From Bacteroidetes bacterium UBA2364 (GTDB taxonomy: Bacteria > Bacteroidota > Rhodothermia > Rhodothermales > UBA2364): a stretch of DNA of 64,000 nucleotides. Under the pieces are notes generated by a model. That model saw only the letters and a list, made by a program, of their open reading frames with translations, had not been told where the DNA came from and searched no databases. This document shows positions 1 to 8,689 of the stretch, piece after piece; positions within the stretch are counted from its first letter, which is position 1, and the number at the start of each line of letters is the position of its first letter. The position numbers were made by a program, and so were the translations under genes. Location of the stretch: the NCBI GenBank assembly GCA_002344075.1, contig DDTM01000106.1, positions 208 to 64,207 on the forward strand. Reading direction: 5' to 3'.

Positions 1-1296
1 ATAGCACGCATAATCATCTTCGCTATTCGCACCATTGTTAGGCGTTGAATTGGGGTCAGACTCAATTACGGCGCTTACTTCCGAACAGTTCATAATCGTC
101 GTACAATCGGCTGAGCAAGGCGCAGGTGGATTGGCGTGCGCCGGACGTGTACAGGTTCCTGTTGCCACATCTTCCAATGATAATTGTCTAAGCCCGCTGG
201 CAATGGGAAATGGCCCAAATGATGCCGAGGTGGTACCATAATTTACCGTTCCCAGTGTGGTCGTACCATCTTTCACCACATAATTCGTCCCCACACCCGA
301 ACCCGTTGTGTTTACCGTAAACGTAAATGTATCATCTCCACCAGTATTTGTTGTCCCAGCATTGTTACAGAGGGGTGTAATGGTTGGACTATTGATCGTA
401 CAACTGGGGGGCATAGAGGGCGCCACCACGTTTTGATGTAGGGTAAACGAGGCATAAGAAGAACGACCTGCCAGTTCTGTTGGGTCTGTTGTACTTTGAT
501 TTCGCCAGAAGTATAGCTCGATCCTTGAAACCGGAGTGGATGAAGGGACCGAGAAATCCACATTACCATACTCTCCGTCTGCTTGTCTTGTGGTCGCTTG
601 CGCACCAACATATAAGCCACCTGTTGCGTCCGACAAAATCGTCATACCACCTACGGTTTCTGTTCCCGCACAATCTATATAAGAGCCAGAGGCATCTCCC
701 GTAGCGATTGAAATGGCGCCACCAGAGGCACTAAATGCCTTCACCTGCACCCATTCTACACCGGGACTAACGACCGACCCGATATTAGAAATGCTACCAA
801 TTCTAAAATTGGTGAGGATAACAGGTGTATTATAGGTAATCACGATTTTAGCAGGCCCATCTGCATTTCCGGGCGTTCCACCCGTATCATGAATGTTATT
901 GGTAAATCGGACACTGCCATGATAAATACTGGCGCAGTGCGCATCATTAACCCCAGCAACAAACTGACTATCACAGCCTGCACCCGCTGCACTTTCCTGC
1001 CCGGCAGCTACATAAAGATTCGGCGCATCACCATCCCACATGTTTGTAGAATACCCATAAGTTACATTCACCCCGCTGCCTTCCCAGTTAGTAAACGTTT
1101 GCGAAGTGATATTGCTTGGTGTACATAAAGGACCAGAAAGCCAACCACCCGATCCATTCTGTGTATTGCTGCCCGTTCGGAAAGACGTAGAAGTAAATTG
1201 CGCAGTCACGGGATAAGCAAAACCCAAGACGACCAGCCAAACGGTTAACCAAATTGCCGATCCAAAGAACGATGTGATTCGATAAGTAAAGTTCAT
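1..1296 (-). CDS. Large secreted/surface protein, N-terminal part (at least 432 aa, runs off the left edge; not in the ORF track)
   Basis: Manual translation from the ATG at 1296 is stop-free to base 1. It reads MNFTYRITSFFGSAIWLTVWLVVLGFAYPVTA/QFT (signal peptide with +1 Gln), then a Gly/Ser/Thr-rich beta-type domain, a Cys-bounded module (CTINSPTITPLCNNAG...DDTFTFTV...FGPFPI...CTRPAHANPPAPCS) and a DUF11-like motif (ESDPNSTPNNGANSEDDYAC). Confidence 0.85.
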   Translation of the reverse strand, partial: MNFTYRITSFFGSAIWLTVWLVVLGFAYPVTAQFTSTSFRTGSNTQNGSGGWLSGPLCTPSNITSQTFTNWEGSGVNVTYGYSTNMWDGDAPNLYVAAGQESAAGAGCDSQFVAGVNDAHCASIYHGSVRFTNNIHDTGGTPGNADGPAKIVITYNTPVILTNFRIGSISNIGSVVSPGVEWVQVKAFSASGGAISIATGDASGSYIDCAGTETVGGMTILSDATGGLYVGAQATTRQADGEYGNVDFSVPSSTPVSRIELYFWRNQSTTDPTELAGRSSYASFTLHQNVVAPSMPPSCTINSPTITPLCNNAGTTNTGGDDTFTFTVNTTGSGVGTNYVVKDGTTTLGTVNYGTTSASFGPFPIASGLRQLSLEDVATGTCTRPAHANPPAPCSADCTTIMNCSEVSAVIESDPNSTPNNGANSEDDYACY

Positions 1297-1350
1297 TTTG
1301 GGGGAAAGTTTTAATACGTTGAAATTCCAAAAGATCTTTTAGTACTATCC

Positions 1351-1373
1351 CGCATACTATTGTTTATATGACA
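1351..1373 (-). promoter_or_regulatory. Candidate ECF sigma promoter TGTCA-N15-GCG upstream of the surface protein
   Basis: The minus strand reads TGTCATATAAACAATAGTATGCG, about 55 nt before the ATG at 1296. The same motif and spacing occur at 4909-4931. Confidence 0.3.
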
Positions 1374-1545
1374 ACCCAGGATAGTTTAACATGCCTTAGC
1401 ACTTTTGTTTTTCCAAACGATCAAATCCCATTCCTATCAATGACACAACAACCAATATTAGTCCTTTTGATCTATAATATTTAATTTATTTGGTCTATTA
1501 AACCAATTCTATTGTTGTAAAAAATAAATTATTGGCCTAACTATG

Positions 1546-1684
1546 ATACAGAGTGCATTTCAATACTTCCCAAAGGTTCTATTATGATGTCGTTCCTACA
1601 GAGTTTTTGTGAACGGTAGGCAAATATGTCACCTAATCTAAGTGCCTCATAATGTTATTGGTATTTTTGAAATGCACCTGTTAT
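1546..1684. mobile_element. MITE/REP-like inverted-repeat element, copy A
   Basis: Perfect inverted core GTGCATTTCAA (1553-1563) / TTGAAATGCAC (1667-1677). Ends CATTTCAATACTTCCCAAA and TATTGGTATTTTTGAAATGCAC are shared with the copies at 29.3 kb and 54.7 kb. Confidence 0.65.
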
Positions 1685-1685
1685 T

Positions 1686-4280
1686 TCAAGGCAACTGGCG
1701 CTGAAACCCCCATACGGCCTTATAGTCACGATGCTCTTTTCCAACAGTTTGATTGTACGACGAAAGCGCCGCATTTGAATACCTTCGTGCCACTATAGCT
1801 TGGCCATTTTTCAGATGCGCCTGCGCCAAATAGAAAAGCGTTCGGGCTTTAGCCCTTGTGGGAACAGTCCAAACCCGGTTTTGAAGTGCAAGAACTTCGT
1901 CCAAAACAGCAATGGCCTGATGCACTTTCCCGCTTTCCAAATAAAGCCGACCCAAAACCTGCTTTGCCAAAACATGAGTATCTACATAAGACGAGCCTTC
2001 TGTGCTGATTTTCAATATCTCCCGTTCTTGTACAGACGTTGCGCCTTTTTCCAATGCGGCATGGATCAAACGCAGGCGTAGGGTCATGCTTTCGGTTGAC
2101 CTCTCCCCGTGGAGCGCACGCTCTATTTCATATGCCTTTTGCCATGTTGCAACTGCCTCGTTTTGAAGCCCAGCATCTTCTTGCAAGACTCCCAGACGGT
2201 GGTACAACGGAACAAATGATTCTTTAGAATTTAGTGCTTGTTTTTCCTGCCAACCAATAAGAGACTTCATGGCTTCTAAATGCTTATGGATTTGTCCGTG
2301 GTGGGCCGCCATCATGATTTGTAGCATTTTGGGCTGGAAAGCAGTATTGCGTACCCGTTTCTCCCCGAAAAGCCCCTGATATGCGGTCTCGTAGGTGGTA
2401 GCAGCCTCGTCATATCGTCCGGTGTTTTCGTAGATCCGGCCCAAATAAGTCTGAGAGGAAGCGATTGTCCGAAGGGTATTTATGTCTTTGGCGGGTAATT
2501 GGGACCTTAGTTGTAAAACATTATTAAAAAAATGCTCAGCTTCGCGGTAATCTCCCATTAAAGTCTTTAACGCACCTGTATTATGTAGAAATACTGCATA
2601 AGTCATATTATTTGATAATTCTTCTGGGCGTTTTTGTGCCAATTGCTCATATATAGAAACCGCTTTTCCAATCTGTCCCTTTTTTGTCAGAATGATCGCA
2701 ATACGGCTGGGTAAATCAAACTCACAAGGAATGTCTATAAATTGATGGGTTTTACACGCCATATAGGCTTCCTGAAAGAGCGAAAGGGCTTTTTCCTTAT
2801 TCCCCCAATTGTCGTACAACATCCCAAAAACGTGTGACATCTCGGCATAAGCCCGTGGATTTTTATTTTTGTTTTCCAATAAGTCTTTTGTTCCTTGTTG
2901 AATGACCGATTTGAAACGAAGGGTATCCACCGATTGTCCGGTTATTTCAGCACTTCCATTCAGTAACAATCCGGTCATAAACTTGATCACAGCTTTATTT
3001 TTTTGGGATTCCACCTCCGCACGCACATTGGCTTCCATAACTTTATGGTTTTGCCAAGACAAAATCGCAAGAGTAGTTATAAACATTATTAGAGCTACCG
3101 TTGCCGAACCGACCAGCCATTTATTACGCAAGACAAATTTCTTAAACAGGTAAACACGGGAAGAAGGTTGTGCCAACACTGGGCTTCCATTTAAGAACCG
3201 GTCTAATTCATCCATTAATGCACCTGCCGAACGGTATCGTTCCTTTGGATCTTTGGCAAGGGCCTTGAGTAAAACCGCATCCAGATCTCCTAAAAACTGT
3301 TTATACAAACTACTTCGGGTTTGTTTTCGGTTGGCCAAGATTGTTTTTTGTTCTTCGGTAGGATTCCGGAAATGTTGACTAAGCGGCAAGATGCGGCTTG
3401 TAGTCACAATCTCCTCTACGACCACCGGAGAGGCGTCTTTAGGAATCTGATAAGGCAATTTACCAACCAAGAGTTGATACCCCAAAGCCCCTAATGCATA
3501 TACATCTGCGGCCATTCCGACAGGTTTCCGCTGCAATTGTTCAGGTGCGGCATAGGCAGGCGTGAAGGCTATCAAACCCGTTTGGGTCTGGTTTTCATCC
3601 TGTGCTTCCCGTAAAATTTTAGAAACACCAAAGTCCAAAAGCTTCACAACCCCGTCATCGGTTACCAGCACGTTGTTCGGCTTGAGATCACGGTGAATAA
3701 TGAGGTTTTGATGGGCAAACGACACGGCTGCACATAACGAGCGGAAAAGCATAAGCCGCTCCCGTACTGATAATTGTTTCTCATCGGAATATGCAAGGAT
3801 GGGCTTTCCCTTAATCAATTCCATGACTAGAAAATACCGTCCATCAGACAATTGGCCCACATCATACACTTGGGCAATATGTGGATGTTGTAACGAACCT
3901 AAAATATTGGCTTCCTGAAGAAAGAGTTCTTGATATTGCGGTGTATTCAGCAATACCTTGAGCGCAACTACCTGCTGAAACGGATGTAGCCGTTCACCTT
4001 CGAACACTTCCGAGAACCCTCCATATCCAATTTTGCGGTCAAAACGGTAGTGTGGGTGCTGCAACGTGGTGAAAGAAAGCACTTCATCGGCCTCCGTCAA
4101 CGCGATACTTTGGCGTAAATCATCCACCACATCCTTTGAGTCCGACCTCCGTGCAGACAATAAAGCCAAAACCCGTGCTGCAATGCCGGGGCTGGGCGCC
4201 GCCGCATTAATAAAACTGGCTTGTTGGTCATCAGGGAAATCTAACGCCTGTAAAAACAATTCTTTTTCAATATTTTCCAT
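1686..4280 (-). CDS. Hanks-type Ser/Thr protein kinase with one TM helix and a C-terminal TPR region
   Basis: Kinase motifs GYGGFSEV, VALK, HRDLKPNN, DFG, TPAYAAPEQ and DVYALG; hydrophobic segment WLVGSATVALIMFITTLAILSW; TPR-like helical repeats after it. Confidence 0.93.
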   Translation of the reverse strand: MENIEKELFLQALDFPDDQQASFINAAAPSPGIAARVLALLSARRSDSKDVVDDLRQSIALTEADEVLSFTTLQHPHYRFDRKIGYGGFSEVFEGERLHPFQQVVALKVLLNTPQYQELFLQEANILGSLQHPHIAQVYDVGQLSDGRYFLVMELIKGKPILAYSDEKQLSVRERLMLFRSLCAAVSFAHQNLIIHRDLKPNNVLVTDDGVVKLLDFGVSKILREAQDENQTQTGLIAFTPAYAAPEQLQRKPVGMAADVYALGALGYQLLVGKLPYQIPKDASPVVVEEIVTTSRILPLSQHFRNPTEEQKTILANRKQTRSSLYKQFLGDLDAVLLKALAKDPKERYRSAGALMDELDRFLNGSPVLAQPSSRVYLFKKFVLRNKWLVGSATVALIMFITTLAILSWQNHKVMEANVRAEVESQKNKAVIKFMTGLLLNGSAEITGQSVDTLRFKSVIQQGTKDLLENKNKNPRAYAEMSHVFGMLYDNWGNKEKALSLFQEAYMACKTHQFIDIPCEFDLPSRIAIILTKKGQIGKAVSIYEQLAQKRPEELSNNMTYAVFLHNTGALKTLMGDYREAEHFFNNVLQLRSQLPAKDINTLRTIASSQTYLGRIYENTGRYDEAATTYETAYQGLFGEKRVRNTAFQPKMLQIMMAAHHGQIHKHLEAMKSLIGWQEKQALNSKESFVPLYHRLGVLQEDAGLQNEAVATWQKAYEIERALHGERSTESMTLRLRLIHAALEKGATSVQEREILKISTEGSSYVDTHVLAKQVLGRLYLESGKVHQAIAVLDEVLALQNRVWTVPTRAKARTLFYLAQAHLKNGQAIVARRYSNAALSSYNQTVGKEHRDYKAVWGFQRQLP

Positions 4281-4301
4281 ATCGGCACCCGATTATAATA
4301 C

Positions 4302-4871
4302 CTATTTGAGTAAATCGGCTTTGAGCCAAGCCCGCGCATATTCCAGATCTCGGAGAATGGTTCGATCTGTAACGTGATGTAAACTGCTGATTTCTCTTAT
4401 TTTAAGCCCGATAAAATAGCGTTGAATAAAAACCTCGCAAGCACGTTCATCCGCTCGTTTTAGGTGTTCTAAGGATTCATCGAGGTTGCTTAGGGCTTCA
4501 ATCTGCTCCGTCAATGCGATCTCACCTACGGTTTCATAATCTACGAGTAAATGATGCGGAATGCGGCGATTTGCTTTGCTTTTGGCTGCATGATTGATCA
4601 ATACCTGACGCATAAGTTGTCCCATGGTGTTATAAAAATGTCGGCGGTTTTCCCATTTCAGCGGTTGGTTATATCCGATTCGTAGCCAGGCTTCGGAAAT
4701 CAGTTCTGTACTGTTAAAACCAAGAATACCGCTCTCCTTACCCAGAAGGTTTTGGGCAATTTTTTCCAAGTGATGCCACACTCGAACCAGTACCTCGTTC
4801 CACTCATCCGCTTTAGGGCTTTCGATATTGTTCAGGAGGGTTGTCAAGTGTTCCGGGATTGCCATTTTCAT
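4302..4871 (-). CDS. ECF-type sigma factor, TIGR02999-like (kinase-associated)
   Basis: Motifs STELISEAWLRI, WENRRHFY, MRQVLINHA and region 4 FIQRYFIGLKIREIS...RTILRDLEYARAWL. Lies 21 bp upstream of the kinase. Confidence 0.9.
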   Translation of the reverse strand: MKMAIPEHLTTLLNNIESPKADEWNEVLVRVWHHLEKIAQNLLGKESGILGFNSTELISEAWLRIGYNQPLKWENRRHFYNTMGQLMRQVLINHAAKSKANRRIPHHLLVDYETVGEIALTEQIEALSNLDESLEHLKRADERACEVFIQRYFIGLKIREISSLHHVTDRTILRDLEYARAWLKADLLK

Positions 4872-4908
4872 GTCTTTTCAGAGATCGGGATTAAAAAAGG
4901 TAAAACAT

Positions 4909-4931
4909 TGTCAGTTTTTTTTTTGGACGCG
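4909..4931 (+). promoter_or_regulatory. Candidate ECF sigma promoter TGTCA-N15-GCG facing the PAS-LuxR gene
   Basis: TGTCAGTTTTTTTTTTGGACGCG, with the same spacing as the motif at 1351-1373. Confidence 0.3.
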
Positions 4932-5104
4932 CAGGATTTAAAATACATGATAGTCACATAGTCCAATTGATCTATTTTTTGCAGCTCATCCTTATTGCCC
5001 GCTTTTTAGCCTTAAAATCATTTTTAACAGTTTCGCATGTCATCATTTGCTTTCAAATAGGCATACAGATACATCAGCCCTCTTTAAATGGAGCCAGATG
5101 TACC

Positions 5105-5707
5105 ATGCTTACACCTACTATAAAAGAACTCACACCCATCCTTGACCTACCGCTACCGTTGGGGATTCTAAGCATAGACCGAAGGAGCCAGCGCATCCTA
5201 CAACGAAATACGTTCATGGCTTCTCATTATCTTCATTCCTTCTTAGAAGGGATTCCTCTCTCATCCTATATCCACCCAGAAGATTTACCCCATCTACACT
5301 CAGCCATACAGCAGTTTTCCGGGAAGTACGGACATCCGCTTTTGTTGCGCTTCATGGATAACGAAAAAAAATGGCACTTGGGACAGTGGAGATTGGGCTG
5401 TATGCACTTGCAAAATAATTTAGAAATCCTCACCTTGTGCTTTATGGAACTGCACCCTTCTATCGAGGCCCCTTTTACCGAACCACAAACAACCAAAAAG
5501 TTGCAGCGGCCACATATTGCTTTAACAAAACGCGAGGAAGAGGTACTTAAGTTGATTGCCGAGGGTAAACGAGACAAAGAAATTGCAACAGAACTATACC
5601 TGAGTTCTTATACCATCATGAATCATCGGCGTAGGCTTTTACGCAAATTAAATGCAAAAAACAAAGTTGACTTAGTAAGAATTGGAAAAGAACAAGGACT
5701 GTTATGA
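5105..5707 (+). CDS. PAS-like domain plus LuxR-family HTH transcriptional regulator
   Basis: PAS-like IHPED motif and C-terminal LTKREEEVLKLIAEGKRDKEIATELYLSSYTIMNHRRRLLRKL. The ATG at 5105 is preferred over the TTG at 4967. Confidence 0.85.
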   Translation: MLTPTIKELTPILDLPLPLGILSIDRRSQRILQRNTFMASHYLHSFLEGIPLSSYIHPEDLPHLHSAIQQFSGKYGHPLLLRFMDNEKKWHLGQWRLGCMHLQNNLEILTLCFMELHPSIEAPFTEPQTTKKLQRPHIALTKREEEVLKLIAEGKRDKEIATELYLSSYTIMNHRRRLLRKLNAKNKVDLVRIGKEQGLL

Positions 5708-6319
5708 TTGTTTTTTTGCAGGACGGTATTGGTTCGCACGCCTATTTTCTGCCGCCTCTTTGGCCGTTTCCAAGATGCGTTTGGCACGGGTAGCCGGCTG
5801 TTTGGCATTGGATATCCACTCCAGAAGGGCGCGTTTTGTCGAGGCAGGGAAGTGCTGAAAGTTTTCCCCGGCCTGTGGGTATGCTTCCAAAGCCCTTTTC
5901 AGGTCTTCTGGCACCTCTAATGCCGTGGCCGCATCCAAAGCCGTCCATGTACCTGTTTCTTTCGCCAATTGCACCATCTTCCAGCCTGCTTCGGTCATCA
6001 GGCCCTGTTCTGCTAAACGGGCAACCTTATCTTTATTGACTCCGCTCCAATTGCTTTTCGGCTTCCGTTTAGAAAAATATTGGTAATAACTCTCGGCATT
6101 TCGTTTGGCGGGCTTGCTGTCTATCCAACCAAAACACAGGGCTTCGTCCACCGCTTCGTCGTAATAGACACTGGGGATGCCACTTTTTTTGTGATACATG
6201 ATAAGCCACACCTTGCCTTCGGCATGATGGTGCTCAGCCAACCAAGAACGCCAAGCAGCACGACTTTCGGCATAAAAAGACGGGATGCCATCAGGCCGAA
6301 AGGGTGGGTTGTCTTGCAT
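5702..6319 (-). CDS. YdeI/OmpD-associated family protein
   Basis: Motifs WRSWLAEHH, AVDEALCFGWIDS, FSKRKPKSNWS and KQPATRAKRI. Confidence 0.88.
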   Translation of the reverse strand: MQDNPPFRPDGIPSFYAESRAAWRSWLAEHHHAEGKVWLIMYHKKSGIPSVYYDEAVDEALCFGWIDSKPAKRNAESYYQYFSKRKPKSNWSGVNKDKVARLAEQGLMTEAGWKMVQLAKETGTWTALDAATALEVPEDLKRALEAYPQAGENFQHFPASTKRALLEWISNAKQPATRAKRILETAKEAAENRRANQYRPAKKQS

Positions 6320-6332
6320 GTTTTGTGGTCGT

Positions 6333-7466
6333 TTATGAAGGAAGTATAGCGGTCTCAGCGCCTTTTTTAAGCGTAGCTGCTCGCTTTTGCCGTATTTTCT
6401 CGACTGGTTCCGCCACCCATTGGTTTAGCAAAATAGCCATCAACAAAGAATAGGCGGTCACCGTTACCCCGTGCCCACCCAAATCCGGAAACAACTTTAC
6501 TGTCCAAGCACTCACAAATAGCATGTGGCAAATATAGAGCGGATACGAGAGTTCTCCAATCCAGCGGTCCACTTTATTGTGTTTGGTATATTCAAAAAGA
6601 AACGGAATGGCCAAAACCAGCAACGCGGTATAAGTATATTTCAGCGGATAATACCACGAAACAGGGGCCTCTTGGTATATCAGGGTTCCGGTAATTACAA
6701 CGGCAAAAATGGCCCGATATACATAGCGAGGAATCGCCATTTCTCTTGTTTTTTGATACAACCGATAAGACACATTCCCCAATAAAAAGTACATCAGTTC
6801 CAAAGGAAAGAAACGATAGCTCCAAGGATCGTAGTTCAGATCAAATTTGTACGCCAGAATCCGCAAAACAATTGTAAATCCCAAAAGCCACGAAACCGAC
6901 TTTAAGGGCCGCCGGACAATATAGGGCGCCATTAAATAAAACGTGATCTCCACGCCCAGGGTCCATGCCTGTGGAATCATCAGAAATTTATTGATGGGCG
7001 GATCGAAGAGCTTGTAGTTATGAGAAAGCATGAGAATACCATCGGTCTGATGATAGCCTGTAAACATCAGCCAATCCTGCCCAATGAGGCCAAAATTCGA
7101 GAACGTGAGCACGCCCCACGTCCACCAACTCATATTGCCTCGGATAAAATATTTGTAGTATGGGTCTAACAACCCCGCATAATAGCCATGATAGTTTTTA
7201 AAGGCAATAAAACTCGTCAGAATCACAATGCCCAGTACCGCCCAGTAGATTGGATAAAGGCGAAGCAAGCGGTTGGTAATAAATAGCTTATAGGTTTCTT
7301 TCCCTGCTCCGGTATATTTCTCGTTTAGCACCATAGACATGTAAAAGCCGGAAATAATGTAAAAACATTGAACGGCATTCAAACCACCCACCATCTTTAT
7401 GCCCAGAATAGGGGAACTGTGGGTAAATACAACAGCTATGGCGAGTAAAAGGCGATAAAGTCCCAC
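6333..7466 (-). CDS. Acyltransferase family 3 (OafA-like) membrane O-acyltransferase
   Basis: Motifs RLLLAIAVVFTH, AVQCFYIISGFYM, RLLRLYP, QAWTLGVEITFY and GELSYPLYICH; multiple TM helices. Confidence 0.88.
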   Translation of the reverse strand: MGLYRLLLAIAVVFTHSSPILGIKMVGGLNAVQCFYIISGFYMSMVLNEKYTGAGKETYKLFITNRLLRLYPIYWAVLGIVILTSFIAFKNYHGYYAGLLDPYYKYFIRGNMSWWTWGVLTFSNFGLIGQDWLMFTGYHQTDGILMLSHNYKLFDPPINKFLMIPQAWTLGVEITFYLMAPYIVRRPLKSVSWLLGFTIVLRILAYKFDLNYDPWSYRFFPLELMYFLLGNVSYRLYQKTREMAIPRYVYRAIFAVVITGTLIYQEAPVSWYYPLKYTYTALLVLAIPFLFEYTKHNKVDRWIGELSYPLYICHMLFVSAWTVKLFPDLGGHGVTVTAYSLLMAILLNQWVAEPVEKIRQKRAATLKKGAETAILPS

Positions 7467-7673
7467 AGTTACAAATGCTGGTTGGGGTGGAAAAAGGGAA
7501 TGGGTGGCAAGTCTGAAAGATACAACACTTCCGAAAGCGGCTTTTGTATCATTAACGACTCTTCACCGAAGGCGCACAAACAAATTCCATGCCACGAATT
7601 TGACGTATAAAAGACATCTGGCACGAATCGTTTGTATATTTGCACCGCCATCTGTAATAATTTGTTTTTTACT

Positions 7674-8465
7674 ATGCCACGCGCTTTCAGAATCACCCTT
7701 GTCATCTTACCAGCACTGTTATTGCTGGTCGTCCTTACCCTCATGGCAATGGGTTATAAATCCCTTTTACCCGGTTACCACGTATTTTTTTACACACCTT
7801 CCAAATACCAGAAAACCATCCAACAAATATTTCGTGAACGGGACGATATCCGGATGCAATATAAGACGGCCTTTATCGAGGCACAACGCGACGGCGCCAT
7901 TGATGTTGCAAGCCAAACCCTTACCCAAAACATTGAATCTCGGATCTGGCCATACTGGCTGGGCACGGCATATGACTTTAACGGCAATACCCGTACACCA
8001 GGTAAAGGCAAAATTGCCTGCGGATATTTTGTGACCACCGTTCTACACGACGCTGGCATCCCGATTGACCGTAACGCACTGGCACAAGTGGCTTCCGAGA
8101 AATTGGTAACTGGGCTGGTTGGCGAGCCAAATACCCAACGATATCACAACCTGACCATCGGCGAGTTTCTTAGCGCGGTGAAGTCTTTTGGCGAAGGCTT
8201 GTTTGTCGTCGGCTTAGATACGCATACCGGCTTTTTGCTGTATGAACCCGAAGAGGTGTACTTCATCCACGCCAGTGCTCGGTTTCCTCATGCGGTTGTT
8301 CGGGAACCAGCCGCCGCATCCCCCACTTTACGTAATTCCAAATACCGTGTTCTGGGCAAGATCTCCGGAAATTATGGGTTGATGTCGGCCTGGCTCAATG
8401 TCCGCCCGTCGCCCGTTGCCACAAAAGAAAAACGATTGCGGGGCGAGGGGCTTTTGGTGCCATGA
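7674..8465 (+). CDS. Membrane-anchored NlpC/P60-like (papain-fold) putative peptidoglycan hydrolase
   Basis: N-terminal TM; YWLGTAYDF...IACGYFV (Cys), HTGF (His) and FIHAS motifs. The ATG at 7674 is preferred. Confidence 0.6.
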   Translation: MPRAFRITLVILPALLLLVVLTLMAMGYKSLLPGYHVFFYTPSKYQKTIQQIFRERDDIRMQYKTAFIEAQRDGAIDVASQTLTQNIESRIWPYWLGTAYDFNGNTRTPGKGKIACGYFVTTVLHDAGIPIDRNALAQVASEKLVTGLVGEPNTQRYHNLTIGEFLSAVKSFGEGLFVVGLDTHTGFLLYEPEEVYFIHASARFPHAVVREPAAASPTLRNSKYRVLGKISGNYGLMSAWLNVRPSPVATKEKRLRGEGLLVP

Positions 8466-8619
8466 CCCCAAGCTGAAAAAAGTGGTATTGCAAAATACGG
8501 CCTTTGATGTTGCAGAAGTCCCCCATGCACCAAATCAGTTCGCTATAAAAACCTTCCCTTTGGAGTAAGCGACGCTCCGACATCCTAATTATCGTCTATT
8601 CATATTGAACTCACCTTTT

Positions 8620-8647
8620 TTGTTTTAAAGGTATGGTTTGTTATATT
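8620..8647 (+). promoter_or_regulatory. Bacteroidota-type housekeeping promoter (-33 TTG, -7 TAnnTT)
   Basis: TTG at 8620-8622, 19-nt spacer, TATATT at 8642-8647, upstream of the GTG start at 8690. Confidence 0.4.
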
Positions 8648-8689
8648 ACTTAATTACCCTGCCTTCAGCGACCCTAACCTAGGACTTGT

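Noticed and set aside
35-1330. Short ORFs listed in the track within the first 1.3 kb
   Set aside because: They are explained as shadows of the unlisted 432-codon minus-strand frame.
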